DNA of 64,000 nt from Minisyncoccota bacterium (GTDB lineage Bacteria; Patescibacteriota; Minisyncoccia; Phycocordibacterales; UBA5272): positions 71,488-135,487 of the forward strand of contig JAGORG010000001.1 of the NCBI GenBank assembly GCA_018062965.1, written 5' to 3'. A model generated the notes under the pieces. That model had not been told where the DNA came from, ran no database searches, and worked only from the letters and a program-made list of their open reading frames with translations. This document shows, piece by piece, positions 45,630-54,925 of the stretch (the first letter of the stretch is position 1; each line of letters starts with the position of its first letter). The translations under genes and the position numbers were made by a program.

Positions 45630-47132
45630 ATGCAGATGATACACCTACGAACAATTATTTTTGTCGTAGGTATTTTGTTTGGTATATGGGCAGGTTACGG
45701 CTCGCAGTATGCTAGCGATATAGCTCTCGTACTCGGTGCACTTTTTGTTATCCAGAGTGGTCTATGGATGTTGGGTAGCTATCTACAAAAGAATGTACTT
45801 GTACCAAGTGTGATGGCGCTATTTTCACTCGGTGTGATACTCGGTATCGTACGTGTGCAAATGGAACCCGAACCGCAAGCGCTCATATGTGAACGTGCGT
45901 GTACGATAGAAGCATACGTTGCTCGTTCGCCAGAGCAAAAAGATTCATATCAAGAACTCGTACTTGAAGTTGATGACGAACATGCACGAGTGCTCGTGCG
46001 CGCGCCACTGTATCCGGAGTATCAGATAGGGGACAGACTTTCTGTTACGGGAGTCATACGCACGCCACAGGCCATCATGCCGCACGGTGACAAACAGTTT
46101 TTTGATTATGGAGCGTATCTTCAAACACGCTCTATCGGAAGCGAAAGTTTGTATCCAAAGATAACTGTCATTGATGAAGAAGCTCACACATTCACACACC
46201 TTCTTGGTCGACTAAAAGAAGACATGGTTGCACGTATCGATAGCGCTATTGATTTACCTGCGTCATCGCTTGCATCTGGTATGTTGTTTGGAAACGCATC
46301 GATGTCAAAAGAACTCACTGAGACATTTCGTGTGGCTGGACTGTCACACATCGTTGTTCTTTCAGGATTCAATATCGCAATTATTATTTCATTTGTACTT
46401 TTGCTGTTGCGTGTTGTGCCACTGTTTGTGCGTGTGCTCATCGCATCACTTTCGGTTGTCATGTTTGTGGTGATGGTAGGAGGAGAGGCAAGTGTAATAC
46501 GTGCGACCCTCATGGCAGGAGTGTCACTACTTGCACTCGTGCTTGGGCGAGAGTATGTCGCGCGTCAGGCATTGTTTGTTTCGCTTCTATGTATCATGAT
46601 GTATGAACCGTATGCACTCTTGCACGACGTGTCGCTTCATCTTTCGTTTATCGCAACGATGGGTATCGTGTACATGAGTGGTGTACTACAAACAGTCTTG
46701 TCACGATATGTTTCATCTCGATATCTCGTTGAGATATGCGCGACAACACTCGCTGCATACATAGCTACGCTACCATACCTGATGCACACATTTGGCGTCG
46801 CATCACTCTACGCACTCTTTGCAAACATACTCGTTGTACCGTGGGTGCCTGTTGCGATGCTGCTATCATTTTTGGTAGTTGTGTTTTCTTTTATTTCGCA
46901 GACACTCACAGCTCTATGTGCGTATGTCGTGAGCATGCTCCTTGACCTGATGATAGCTGTTGCAAAGCAGGTGAGCAGTCTCCCGTATGCGTCTATTTCG
47001 GTGTCACTCTCATACAGTCAGATGATAGTTGTCTATGTTGTACTCATCTGCGTGTATCTGTATGTGAGCTCTCGTGCGAGTGATGAAACGTATCGCACAA
47101 AACCTGACGATGAAGATACCTTTATATATTAA
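45630..47132 (+). CDS. comEC: ComEC/Rec2-family membrane channel domain protein (lacks the MBL domain, which is encoded separately at 47742)
   Basis: Polytopic membrane protein with a competence-domain-like pattern (GLSHIVVLSGFNIAII). Confidence 0.7.
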   Translation: MQMIHLRTIIFVVGILFGIWAGYGSQYASDIALVLGALFVIQSGLWMLGSYLQKNVLVPSVMALFSLGVILGIVRVQMEPEPQALICERACTIEAYVARSPEQKDSYQELVLEVDDEHARVLVRAPLYPEYQIGDRLSVTGVIRTPQAIMPHGDKQFFDYGAYLQTRSIGSESLYPKITVIDEEAHTFTHLLGRLKEDMVARIDSAIDLPASSLASGMLFGNASMSKELTETFRVAGLSHIVVLSGFNIAIIISFVLLLLRVVPLFVRVLIASLSVVMFVVMVGGEASVIRATLMAGVSLLALVLGREYVARQALFVSLLCIMMYEPYALLHDVSLHLSFIATMGIVYMSGVLQTVLSRYVSSRYLVEICATTLAAYIATLPYLMHTFGVASLYALFANILVVPWVPVAMLLSFLVVVFSFISQTLTALCAYVVSMLLDLMIAVAKQVSSLPYASISVSLSYSQMIVVYVVLICVYLYVSSRASDETYRTKPDDEDTFIY

Positions 47133-47710
47133 GCTTCGAGGCGTTTAGAAATGGAGCGATACACGATGAACAAGATAGTGAGTCCGATGACGAGTGAGAT
47201 AGCTAAGAATGATGAAAGTGAAACATGTTCGCCGAACGTGTATCCGAGATAGATGATACCTGTTGCCCAGATGAGTGATGCGCTAAGAAAAATAAATGAC
47301 GTTGTATAGAGTGGTGTGCGAGACATGCCAGCTATAACAGGGATGAACGCTTTGACAGATGGAGTGAGCTTGCCGAGAAACAGCCACCAGATTCCGCGAC
47401 GAGAAAATGTGTCATGAAGTGCTGAGTGAACTTTTGAAAACGTAGCTTCGTCCATCATGAGGAGTTTGCGTGCAAGTGGTCGCTCATATTTTTTTACAAG
47501 GAGATAGGTGATGATATTTCCAACTGTGTTGCCGAGTCCTCCTGCGATGACTGCCCATGCGAAGATGAGATTTCCAGTGCTAACAAAATATCCTACGATG
47601 AGGTAGAGGATTTGAGAAGAAGGAAAATTGAAAACACCATTTGCGAGCATGAGAATAAAAATCGCAACGTATGTTCCTGAACTGATGAGTGCGTGGAGAT
47701 CCATATACAC
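47129..47710 (-). CDS. dedA: DedA/SNARE-associated family membrane protein
   Basis: GNLIFAWAVIAGGLGNTVGNIITY...ERPLARKLLMMD...RRGIWWLFLGKLTPSVKAFIPVIAG matches the DedA pattern. Confidence 0.8.
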   Translation of the reverse strand: MYMDLHALISSGTYVAIFILMLANGVFNFPSSQILYLIVGYFVSTGNLIFAWAVIAGGLGNTVGNIITYLLVKKYERPLARKLLMMDEATFSKVHSALHDTFSRRGIWWLFLGKLTPSVKAFIPVIAGMSRTPLYTTSFIFLSASLIWATGIIYLGYTFGEHVSLSSFLAISLVIGLTILFIVYRSISKRLEA

Positions 47711-47741
47711 TCAGTCTACCATTTTGAGATATCATTAGCTT

Positions 47742-48644
47742 ATGAAAGATTTCTTGGAAGAGAAATGGGAAAGCATACGAGAGATGGTTCGGTCGTATGG
47801 AAAACTTGCTAGCTCGTGTGTGTTGGTTTTTATCGCGGTGTGGTTTTTGGTGGAGAGTGCGCAGTGCTTTGTACCGCGTACACTTCGAGTGACTTTTTTT
47901 GATGTTGGACAAGGGGATGCGATTTTTGTGCAGACACCAGGAGGACACGACATGCTGATTGATGGCGGACCAAACAACAAGGTACTTGAAGGTCTCGGAA
48001 AAAAGATGAAGTACAGTGACACATCGGTTGATGTGGTGGTCGCTACACATGCGGATGCAGATCATATAACAGGACTCATTCCGGTATTTGAAAAGTACGA
48101 CGTCAGTCATGTAGTTGAGTCACCAGTGGATGGAGCATCTGCAACATTTTATGATCTTGCGCGTCATGTACAAAAAGAAGCGTCACATACTTACGTTGCA
48201 CGACGAGGAGACATAATTGATTTTGGTGACGGGGTCATCGCGCATGTGCTGTATCCGGGATCATACGTGTCACCAAAGACAGATACAAATGATGCATCAG
48301 TGTCGCTGCTACTTGTGTATGGTGAGCATTCATTTTTGCTCACAGGAGATTTGACGAGTGCGTACGAGTCACAGATAGTGCGTGATGTTGTTCCCAAGAA
48401 CGTAACCGTCTACAAAGCAGGGCATCATGGAAGCAAAACTTCAAGCAGTGAAGCACTACTCAAACGTATCAAACCAGAGTATGCAGTGATAAGTGTGGGG
48501 AAAGATAATCGGTATGGACATCCTGCGCCAGAAGCGCTCACTCGACTAGAGAAACATGCACAAGAAATACTTTCGACGATTGATCATGGAGCAATTAGTT
48601 TTGTAAGTGACGGGAGAATACTCGAAGTAGAGAGAGAAAAGTAA
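47742..48644 (+). CDS. ComEC C-terminal metallo-beta-lactamase-fold domain protein
   Basis: TFFDVGQGDAIFV...HADADHITG...GHHGSKTSS. Resembles the ComEC MBL domain as a stand-alone ORF with its own TM. Confidence 0.78.
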   Translation: MKDFLEEKWESIREMVRSYGKLASSCVLVFIAVWFLVESAQCFVPRTLRVTFFDVGQGDAIFVQTPGGHDMLIDGGPNNKVLEGLGKKMKYSDTSVDVVVATHADADHITGLIPVFEKYDVSHVVESPVDGASATFYDLARHVQKEASHTYVARRGDIIDFGDGVIAHVLYPGSYVSPKTDTNDASVSLLLVYGEHSFLLTGDLTSAYESQIVRDVVPKNVTVYKAGHHGSKTSSSEALLKRIKPEYAVISVGKDNRYGHPAPEALTRLEKHAQEILSTIDHGAISFVSDGRILEVEREK

Positions 48645-48660
48645 ATGCGAATGGATTGCA

Positions 48661-48693
48661 AAAAAAGAGCGACATCTTAGATGTCGCTCTTTC
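48661..48693. terminator. Bidirectional terminator
   Basis: agagcgacatct-tag-atgtcgctct. Confidence 0.6.
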
Positions 48694-48703
48694 AGGATTC
48701 TGA

Positions 48704-49063
48704 TCAGTAGGTGAAGAATTGATGATGGGCAACCGTGAGTATTAGTCTTGCTTTTTCTCGGGCTTCAGGTGTTTCCCATGTTCCTTCAAATACTAAAGGG
48801 GAAGTTTCCCTAAGGTTATAGAACGTCGGGCGGTGCGGCTCGTCTTTCGGGGCGACAAGAAATTTGAGAGTCCCTTCCTCCTGGTTCCATTTCCAGTGAG
48901 TAATGAGGCTGATCACTCGTTGCTCATCCACCATCTCTCCGTCACACTTCTCGTTTTGGCTATTCTGCGTTTTTTGTCCCACAACACCGTGGAACAAGAC
49001 CATATTGAAGTTCTTTTTTTCTGGATCGCTTTCTCTGAAGGTTCCATTAATAAAGATCGCCAT
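48704..49063 (-). CDS. Hypothetical protein (start placed at MAIFINGTF)
   Basis: The ORF-track extension would overlap the terminator hairpin at 49131-49170. Confidence 0.5.
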   Translation of the reverse strand: MAIFINGTFRESDPEKKNFNMVLFHGVVGQKTQNSQNEKCDGEMVDEQRVISLITHWKWNQEEGTLKFLVAPKDEPHRPTFYNLRETSPLVFEGTWETPEAREKARLILTVAHHQFFTY

Positions 49064-49187
49064 GCTGCATCCTTTTACTTTCCTGAGCAATGTGTCAGGG
49101 CTGGTTGGAATCCTATACTTTGGTGAGTAGAAAGTCAAAAGCGCGACCGAAGGTCGCGCTTTTGACTTATTGCTCATTAGAGCTTGG

Positions 49188-49391
49188 CTATAGTTTAATC
49201 TGAAGGTGAAGGCCTTTCTTCATGCAAGATGTACAGATCTTTACACGAGGACCGTTTGGAATGCGAGCCCACTGGAGGTTTGGGTACTTGCGGCGATCTC
49301 CGGCTGGGTTGAATTTTGTAGCACGAACAGAGTTGCTGTATTTTCCAACAACCTTAGAGCCTTTTTCGCACATTGGACAGATGTTTGCCAT
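49188..49391 (-). CDS. rpmB: 50S ribosomal protein L28
   Basis: ICPMCEKG...SNSVRATKF...RKYPNLQ matches the L28 pattern. Start at MANICPM. Confidence 0.75.
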   Translation of the reverse strand: MANICPMCEKGSKVVGKYSNSVRATKFNPAGDRRKYPNLQWARIPNGPRVKICTSCMKKGLHLQIKL

Positions 49392-49473
49392 AGAATTTAC
49401 GTTAGTCGTCATATCCTACCACATATACATGCGTTTCGCAACATGAAGGTCACTCGTTTGGTATACTGCTCGA

Positions 49474-50097
49474 ATGCTTGAAACACTTACCATTTCACAC
49501 GTACTATTTACGTTTCTCATTGTTATCTTCTCGATTATCCTTCACGAAATAGCTCACGGCTATGCGGCCTATATTCAAGGGGACGAAACTGCCTATCGTG
49601 CGGGTCGGTTAACCCTTAACCCACTACCTCATATCGACCCTGTTGGATCTGTGATTGTACCGTTTCTTGCGTTTTCTGTGGCGGGAACATTTTTTGGATG
49701 GGCAAAGCCTGTTCCGTATAACGTTCACAATGTGCGTGGACGGTTTGGAGAGGTGTTTGTGGCTTCAGCTGGGGTTTTGACCAACTTGGCACTTGCAATC
49801 GTTGCTGGAACCGCCTTTAAAATCTTTATGATGCAAGGATTGCTCACAGAAACGCTAGCCCAAAACATATTTACAGTTATCGCGGTCAACCTGTCACTCT
49901 TTTTGTTTAACCTCATACCTATTCCACCGTTTGACGGAATGGCTATTATCCAATCACTCTTTCCTCGTTTGCGTATTTCTTCTGCGTTTATTTACAACCC
50001 TATATACCTCATTCTCGCTATTGTGGTTGCGTCTACTATCTTTAGCGCGCTTGCACCGGTACTCTTTTCTCTTGTAAAAGACATACTTCTTTTCTAG
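49474..50097 (+). CDS. Site-2-protease-family (M50) zinc metalloprotease-like membrane protein
   Basis: HExxH LHEIAHGYAAY in the first TM region. Polytopic. Confidence 0.7.
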   Translation: MLETLTISHVLFTFLIVIFSIILHEIAHGYAAYIQGDETAYRAGRLTLNPLPHIDPVGSVIVPFLAFSVAGTFFGWAKPVPYNVHNVRGRFGEVFVASAGVLTNLALAIVAGTAFKIFMMQGLLTETLAQNIFTVIAVNLSLFLFNLIPIPPFDGMAIIQSLFPRLRISSAFIYNPIYLILAIVVASTIFSALAPVLFSLVKDILLF

Positions 50098-50159
50098 ATT
50101 AGAATAGTTTTCCCCAGGTTTGTCCTTAATAATGTCTTTTATAGGGGTATACTGTATGC

Positions 50160-50651
50160 ATGATGAAATCATCTGCAAAACAATCATCACGCACACGTTC
50201 TACGGCTTCAAAACAAAGCACGCCACGCACGCGCTCTACGCGTACGTCGCAGTCAGTCGGCTCTCGACTTGGGAGAAGTGTGAAAAAGGTTGCAAAGCAG
50301 ACATTGCGAGACATGTTGCTCTCGAAAACGTTTCATACCTCGTTTAAAGTATTGGCATGGGTCTCGCTATCTGTAGGGGTTGTGTACGGAGGATTTATTG
50401 CAGTTGATCATACGTTTGCAAATCAGGTGGTTGTTTCAAAATCTGAGATTGTACGAAGTGCAGCAAAACATATCATGCTTCCAGAAGGAGAGCCGGTAAC
50501 TGTTGTTCGTGTTCAAGATGCTGAAACTCTCAAAAAGCAACAAGGCTTTTATACCAATGTGAAAATAGGTGACTATGTCATCGTTTATCCAGATATGGTG
50601 GTTATTTATGACCTTCGTAATGACAAGATAGTCGCCACAAAGGCTCTCTAA
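50160..50651 (+). CDS. Hypothetical membrane-anchored protein with S/T/R-rich N-terminus
   Basis: TM segment VLAWVSLSVGVVYGGFIAV. Confidence 0.5.
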   Translation: MMKSSAKQSSRTRSTASKQSTPRTRSTRTSQSVGSRLGRSVKKVAKQTLRDMLLSKTFHTSFKVLAWVSLSVGVVYGGFIAVDHTFANQVVVSKSEIVRSAAKHIMLPEGEPVTVVRVQDAETLKKQQGFYTNVKIGDYVIVYPDMVVIYDLRNDKIVATKAL

Positions 50652-50735
50652 GGGTGAATCTACTCTCAAGAATCGAAGACCAGGGCTTGCAAAAAAACGA
50701 TATATTTGGTATAGTTCCAACCACTATTTACGGAT

Positions 50736-51167
50736 ATGCCAACAATCAATCAACTCGTTAAGAAGTCTCGCGCAAAGGTGATCAAGAAATCACGTTCTAT
50801 TGCTATGGGGCGCGGATTCAACGCAATCCAAAACAAGCCTAACTTTTACAATTCACCATTTAAGCGTGGTGTGTGTACAAAGGTAACAACAACAACTCCA
50901 AAGAAGCCGAACTCTGCGCTTCGAAAGATTGCCCGTGTACGCCTTACAAACGGTATGGAAGTAACAGCATACATTCCAGGAGAACAGCACAAGCTTCAGG
51001 AACACTCAGTGGTTGTACTACGCGGTGGACGTGTGAAGGACTTGGCGGGGGTACGTTATCACATTGTTCGCGGACGATTGGATGCAACAGGAGTAGATAA
51101 GCGCCGACAGGGACGATCACTCTACGGAGCAAAGCGACCAAAAGCAGGAGCTCCTGCGAAGAAGTAA
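50736..51167 (+). CDS. rpsL: 30S ribosomal protein S12 (with a short insertion)
   Basis: [10 protein letters not shown]...[10 protein letters not shown]...GGRVKDLPGVRYH. Confidence 0.95.
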   Translation: MPTINQLVKKSRAKVIKKSRSIAMGRGFNAIQNKPNFYNSPFKRGVCTKVTTTTPKKPNSALRKIARVRLTNGMEVTAYIPGEQHKLQEHSVVVLRGGRVKDLAGVRYHIVRGRLDATGVDKRRQGRSLYGAKRPKAGAPAKK

Positions 51168-51176
51168 TCTCAAAAC

Positions 51177-51210
51177 AAAAGCGGAACCGAAAGGTTCCGC
51201 TTTTGTTTTT
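51177..51210 (+). terminator. Terminator hairpin GCGGAACCGAAAGGTTCCGC (copy 1 of 3)
   Basis: Identical stem-loop also at 51696..51729 and 52021..52055. Confidence 0.7.
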
Positions 51211-51244
51211 AAAGTCTTACAACCTTTTGATATACTTCAGTTGT

Positions 51245-51676
51245 ATGCAAACAATTAAACCTTTTATTAATAACCTTAGACACGCTGGGCCTTTAGTAAT
51301 TATTTTAGCTGCACTGGCTGGGTATGTGGCGAATATGGTTTGGTACTATATTCCTTTCATTAGCAACATTTACTTTGGCGACACGGTACCTCCAACATTT
51401 GGTGCAATGCCGTTTGCTATTCTTGCTTGGTATATAGGCAACTGTATATTAAATACCATTGGGGTCGCTCTTCTCATCAACAAGAAAGGAGCGTGGAACG
51501 GTTTCTTGGTTGGTTTAATTGTTTCTCTTTTTTTCTCAGGCACAGCGTACCTTGCTTCTTATTTGGGAGCAGGAACACCACTTCCGCCTCTTGAGATTTC
51601 CCTCATTATCACTATAGGGAGTCTACTCTTTTACGCAGTTCCTTCTACTCTTATCGGATACCTACGAAAAGAGTAA
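51245..51676 (+). CDS. Hypothetical 4-TM membrane protein (paralog A) inserted between rpsL and rpsG
   Basis: C-terminus LIGYLRKE. Paralogous to the protein at 52073..52483 (C-terminus ILGYFRKD). Confidence 0.5.
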   Translation: MQTIKPFINNLRHAGPLVIILAALAGYVANMVWYYIPFISNIYFGDTVPPTFGAMPFAILAWYIGNCILNTIGVALLINKKGAWNGFLVGLIVSLFFSGTAYLASYLGAGTPLPPLEISLIITIGSLLFYAVPSTLIGYLRKE

Positions 51677-51695
51677 TCATTCAGGTTATTACTAC

Positions 51696-51729
51696 AAAAG
51701 CGGAACCGAAAGGTTCCGCTTTTGTTTTG
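51696..51729 (+). terminator. Terminator hairpin GCGGAACCGAAAGGTTCCGC (copy 2 of 3)
   Basis: Repeat of 51177..51210. Confidence 0.65.
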
Positions 51730-51768
51730 TTGGTGATAGTATTAAAGAAACTGTACAAGGAGATCTTT

Positions 51769-52014
51769 ATGGTTGCTTTTTTAAAGCAAAGAGGTGGCAA
51801 GTGGAAGTGCGTCGGTTCAAAAGAAGCGAAGCGGCGCCTTGCGGAGGCGTTGAAAAAAGAGGAGAATCACTGGAACAGTCTCACACCTGAACAGCAACAG
51901 GAGAAAAGGGGTATGTACGCCGCCTCTGCCTTAAAACTAAAGCGCGTAGTCGCAGCTCGGAGAGAATCTCTCAAAGTCGACCCCAGGTTCTATCGAACGC
52001 CGATAGATTGTTGA
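51769..52014 (+). CDS. Hypothetical small basic protein
   Basis: SD aaggag 7 nt before the ATG. 81 aa, K/R-rich. Confidence 0.5.
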   Translation: MVAFLKQRGGKWKCVGSKEAKRRLAEALKKEENHWNSLTPEQQQEKRGMYAASALKLKRVVAARRESLKVDPRFYRTPIDC

Positions 52015-52020
52015 CAGTTA

Positions 52021-52055
52021 AAAAATCGGAACCGAAAGGTTCCGCTTTTGTTTTT
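52021..52055. terminator. Terminator hairpin CGGAACCGAAAGGTTCCG (copy 3 of 3), bidirectional
   Basis: Between convergent genes. Confidence 0.65.
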
Positions 52056-52072
52056 ATAGAGTATCTACGAAC

Positions 52073-52483
52073 CTAGTCTTTTCTAAAGTATCCAAGGATT
52101 GCAGCAGGGAGGACATACTGCGCTGCTCCGTAGATGATAACAAAAAGTCCGATGAGTAGAGATGGGAGTGTTTTGTCAATCGTAGATGTGATGACATCAG
52201 AGATGGTGACGATAAAGAGAAGTGCTGCACCAATGAAAGCACCGTGTACTACGCTCTTTTTACCAATAAGTGTTGCTAAACCTACAGATTTGATGACGCT
52301 TGCTACAAGAAGTGGAAGTATTCCAAGGAAAAATGGTGCAAGCCCTGTCCATGTGGTTGTTGTTCCAGTCAAAATAATATTAAAGATATTAGACAAAAGG
52401 AACAATACAACTGCTGTTGTGATAGATGCTGTTGCAACTGATAAAAGTGACTGCTGTTTTAGGTTATGAATGAATGTTTGCAT
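52073..52483 (-). CDS. Hypothetical 4-TM membrane protein (paralog B)
   Basis: Paralog of 51245..51676. Confidence 0.5.
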   Translation of the reverse strand: MQTFIHNLKQQSLLSVATASITTAVVLFLLSNIFNIILTGTTTTWTGLAPFFLGILPLLVASVIKSVGLATLIGKKSVVHGAFIGAALLFIVTISDVITSTIDKTLPSLLIGLFVIIYGAAQYVLPAAILGYFRKD

Positions 52484-52639
52484 ATGAGTATGTTTCCAGT
52501 ATATACCGTTTTGCTTTTTCTTTATATGTATTGTAGTATAAGGCGACTTGGTAACAAGTAGAGAAGTAATTACTGAAATAACCTCTTGCAGAGTACCGTC
52601 TACTTCCGGGAACGTTTACGCAAGAACATCTATACAACA

Positions 52640-53110
52640 ATGCGACGAAAAGTTAAAAATCGAAATATGGTTAGTCCAGACGGACGCTATGACTCAACAA
52701 AAATCTCAAAGTTTATCAACTATGTGATGATTGGAGGAAAGAAATCAACAGCTCAGGAAATCGTGTACGGAGCGCTTGATGTTATTAAGGAAAAGCAAAA
52801 AGTAGAAGACCCACTAGAAGTTTTCAACCTTGCTCTCACTAACGCAGGACCTCTTACTGAAGTTCGTTCACGCCGTATCGGTGGAGCAAACTACCAGGTT
52901 CCTCGTGAAGTTCGTGAAGAACGACGCTTCATGCTCGCACTTCGTTGGATTCTCGAAGCAGCTAACTCAAAGAAGGGTAAGGCTATGAAGTTCAAGCTTG
53001 CAGACGAGCTCATCGCTGCAGCAAACAACGAAGGTTCTGCTGTGAAGAAGAAAGAAGATACTCACCGAATGGCAGAAGCCAACAAGGCGTTCGCGCACTT
53101 TGCTTGGTAA
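52640..53110 (+). CDS. rpsG: 30S ribosomal protein S7
   Basis: MRRKV..R...PD..Y.S..ISKFIN..M.GGKKS.A..IVY.A...I and the conserved S7 core. Start at the internal Met. Confidence 0.93.
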   Translation: MRRKVKNRNMVSPDGRYDSTKISKFINYVMIGGKKSTAQEIVYGALDVIKEKQKVEDPLEVFNLALTNAGPLTEVRSRRIGGANYQVPREVREERRFMLALRWILEAANSKKGKAMKFKLADELIAAANNEGSAVKKKEDTHRMAEANKAFAHFAW

Positions 53111-53130
53111 TTCGCTTCCGGTTCTTAATA

Positions 53131-53166
53131 CAAAAGCGCAGGTCGTAGACCTGCGCTTTTGTATTT
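53131..53166 (+). terminator. Intrinsic terminator after rpsG
   Basis: aagcgcaggtc-gta-gacctgcgctt plus T-run. Confidence 0.7.
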
Positions 53167-53227
53167 GCTAAAACGAGCTAAGTTAGCTAGTGTTTGTATC
53201 AGGTGAACTTTTAAGGAGTCGATAAAC

Positions 53228-53812
53228 ATGGAACTTCTAGCTTTTTTGGGTTGGCTTTGGTCGTGGGGCTGGAAAATTGCCCTGTGTGTTCTTGTTGCAG
53301 TTGTTCTGTTCTCCATAGTCTCTGAATTAAGGTGGCAGAAAAGGTATCGGTTCTATATCCCTCATCCAATTGATTGGCTAAGTGTCATGAATACTGAGCG
53401 GTGGGATTCGACCAGAAAACTCAAACAGCTCATGAACAGTAAGCTCAACGTAAAGCTTTTCAGGCTGTATGAAACCAAAGACTACAAGGTACTACCCTGG
53501 TATAGGTTTCTCGGTCCACATACTCCCGCTGCTTTCTACAATGACTTGGTCTGGCTTGAACAACAAGGGCTTGTTGAGTGTCGAAGAATGGTGTATGACA
53601 AAAATGGTAGAGAATGCCAAGATGTCGATTTTGCTATTCGCGATGAGCAAGGCAAAACCATTGGTTTCGACAAAGAGATGATGGGAAACTACTCTTTGCC
53701 AACGTATGAATACAAAAAAACATCATCAGGCGGCGGAATAAAAAGAAATACCGCTCACGCTCGCCAGGAAGATGGGGGGTTTTCTGGTGATTTAGAGGGC
53801 TCTCGTGCATAA
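53228..53812 (+). CDS. Hypothetical membrane-anchored protein (insert in str operon)
   Basis: W-rich N-terminal TM segment. No recognised domain. Confidence 0.5.
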   Translation: MELLAFLGWLWSWGWKIALCVLVAVVLFSIVSELRWQKRYRFYIPHPIDWLSVMNTERWDSTRKLKQLMNSKLNVKLFRLYETKDYKVLPWYRFLGPHTPAAFYNDLVWLEQQGLVECRRMVYDKNGRECQDVDFAIRDEQGKTIGFDKEMMGNYSLPTYEYKKTSSGGGIKRNTAHARQEDGGFSGDLEGSRA

Positions 53813-53850
53813 ACCAAACCGCTACTTGTAGCGGTTTTACTTTTGGGGTA
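53811..53850 (+). terminator. Repeated terminator aaaccgctacttgtagcggtttt (copy 1 of 2)
   Basis: About 44-nt segment identical to 54313..54356. Confidence 0.65.
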
Positions 53851-53887
53851 GAGTACACGTAATTTGATCTTTTTGAGGGGTTAATTC

Positions 53888-54298
53888 ATGAACACGTTTC
53901 TAATTATTCTTGTCATTCTTGTGGTCTTATGTTGCATTCCAGGTGCTTTTTTCTTAAAGAAGCACCTGATGATTCTTTCTGCGGCTAAAGAACTCGGCCT
54001 TATAGACCGTGGACTGGTAAAAAAAGAGATCTCTGAATATGGTCCTGGTGTTTGGCGTTGTTGCCTATGCAATACCCGATCGCGAGCAGGTGTTCTTAAG
54101 GAAAGTAGACGTGCTGTTAAGTGGTGCTACGTTTGTATCAGGATATATGATGGGCAAGGGGGTGGCGATGATGGCCCTGGCAGGCGAGAGGGGTTGCCCC
54201 CAGACCCTTCTCCTGAAGGGGAGCCGGCACCACCAGAAGTCGTCAAGCAAACAAGAGAAGTTTTGGAGAGGATTGGTAGGAATACCACCCCAAACTAG
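53888..54298 (+). CDS. Hypothetical TM protein with Cys-rich segment and GC-rich Pro/Gly tail
   Basis: WRCCLCNTRSR...WCYVC is a zinc-ribbon-like Cys cluster. About 58% GC. Confidence 0.5.
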   Translation: MNTFLIILVILVVLCCIPGAFFLKKHLMILSAAKELGLIDRGLVKKEISEYGPGVWRCCLCNTRSRAGVLKESRRAVKWCYVCIRIYDGQGGGDDGPGRREGLPPDPSPEGEPAPPEVVKQTREVLERIGRNTTPN

Positions 54299-54315
54299 AC
54301 TTGTCTGCTACACAT

Positions 54316-54354
54316 AAACCAAACCGCTACTTGTAGCGGTTTTACTTTTGGGGT
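54316..54354 (+). terminator. Repeated terminator aaaccgctacttgtagcggtttt (copy 2 of 2)
   Basis: Duplicate of 53811..53850. Confidence 0.65.
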
Positions 54355-54395
54355 AGTGTAAGTGGGTAAGTTCAACCAATTTGGAGATATAAACC

Positions 54396-54836
54396 ATGAA
54401 TCAACTCGTTCAACCTGCTTTTCCCGGTCTTGTGAAATTTGACGAAGATGGGGCCCCTCATCAGGTGATTGCTCCACTTGCTTCCCGCCGTCTTCTGGAA
54501 GAATGGCAAGAAACCCCGCTTCCAGCTTTCCAGGAACTGTTTTCGAAACGTGCAGGCGAAGAATTCGAGCAATATTGGCCGAAGGCAGAGTCGCTTTATC
54601 GTGAATATGGCCCTGTCTTGAGTTGTCCACTCGTTTCAGCATTTTTGTATGCCGCTGAAGACAGGCGGCTGCCGTGGTGTATTGAAGTTCTTGAACAGCA
54701 TCTGAAAGATGATCTCCACTTTCAGCACCCGGAACTTCGGGGTAGGTTGATCATCGGAGATGCCCCACAAAACCGCTCGTATCTTTTTATTGTTTACAAA
54801 ATCATCAAGGAGCTTCGTCCAAGCCTTTTCAAATGA
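54396..54836 (+). CDS. Hypothetical protein (GC about 52%)
   Basis: 146-aa ORF with a strong SD-like ggagata before the ATG. Confidence 0.5.
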   Translation: MNQLVQPAFPGLVKFDEDGAPHQVIAPLASRRLLEEWQETPLPAFQELFSKRAGEEFEQYWPKAESLYREYGPVLSCPLVSAFLYAAEDRRLPWCIEVLEQHLKDDLHFQHPELRGRLIIGDAPQNRSYLFIVYKIIKELRPSLFK

Positions 54837-54925
54837 TGTTTCATTGCCGGAACGCCGCTTTTGTGGTAGCATGTCGCTATTGCCTAAGCGGCTTTTTTAT
54901 TTCTTAAAAACACTTATTTATCACT

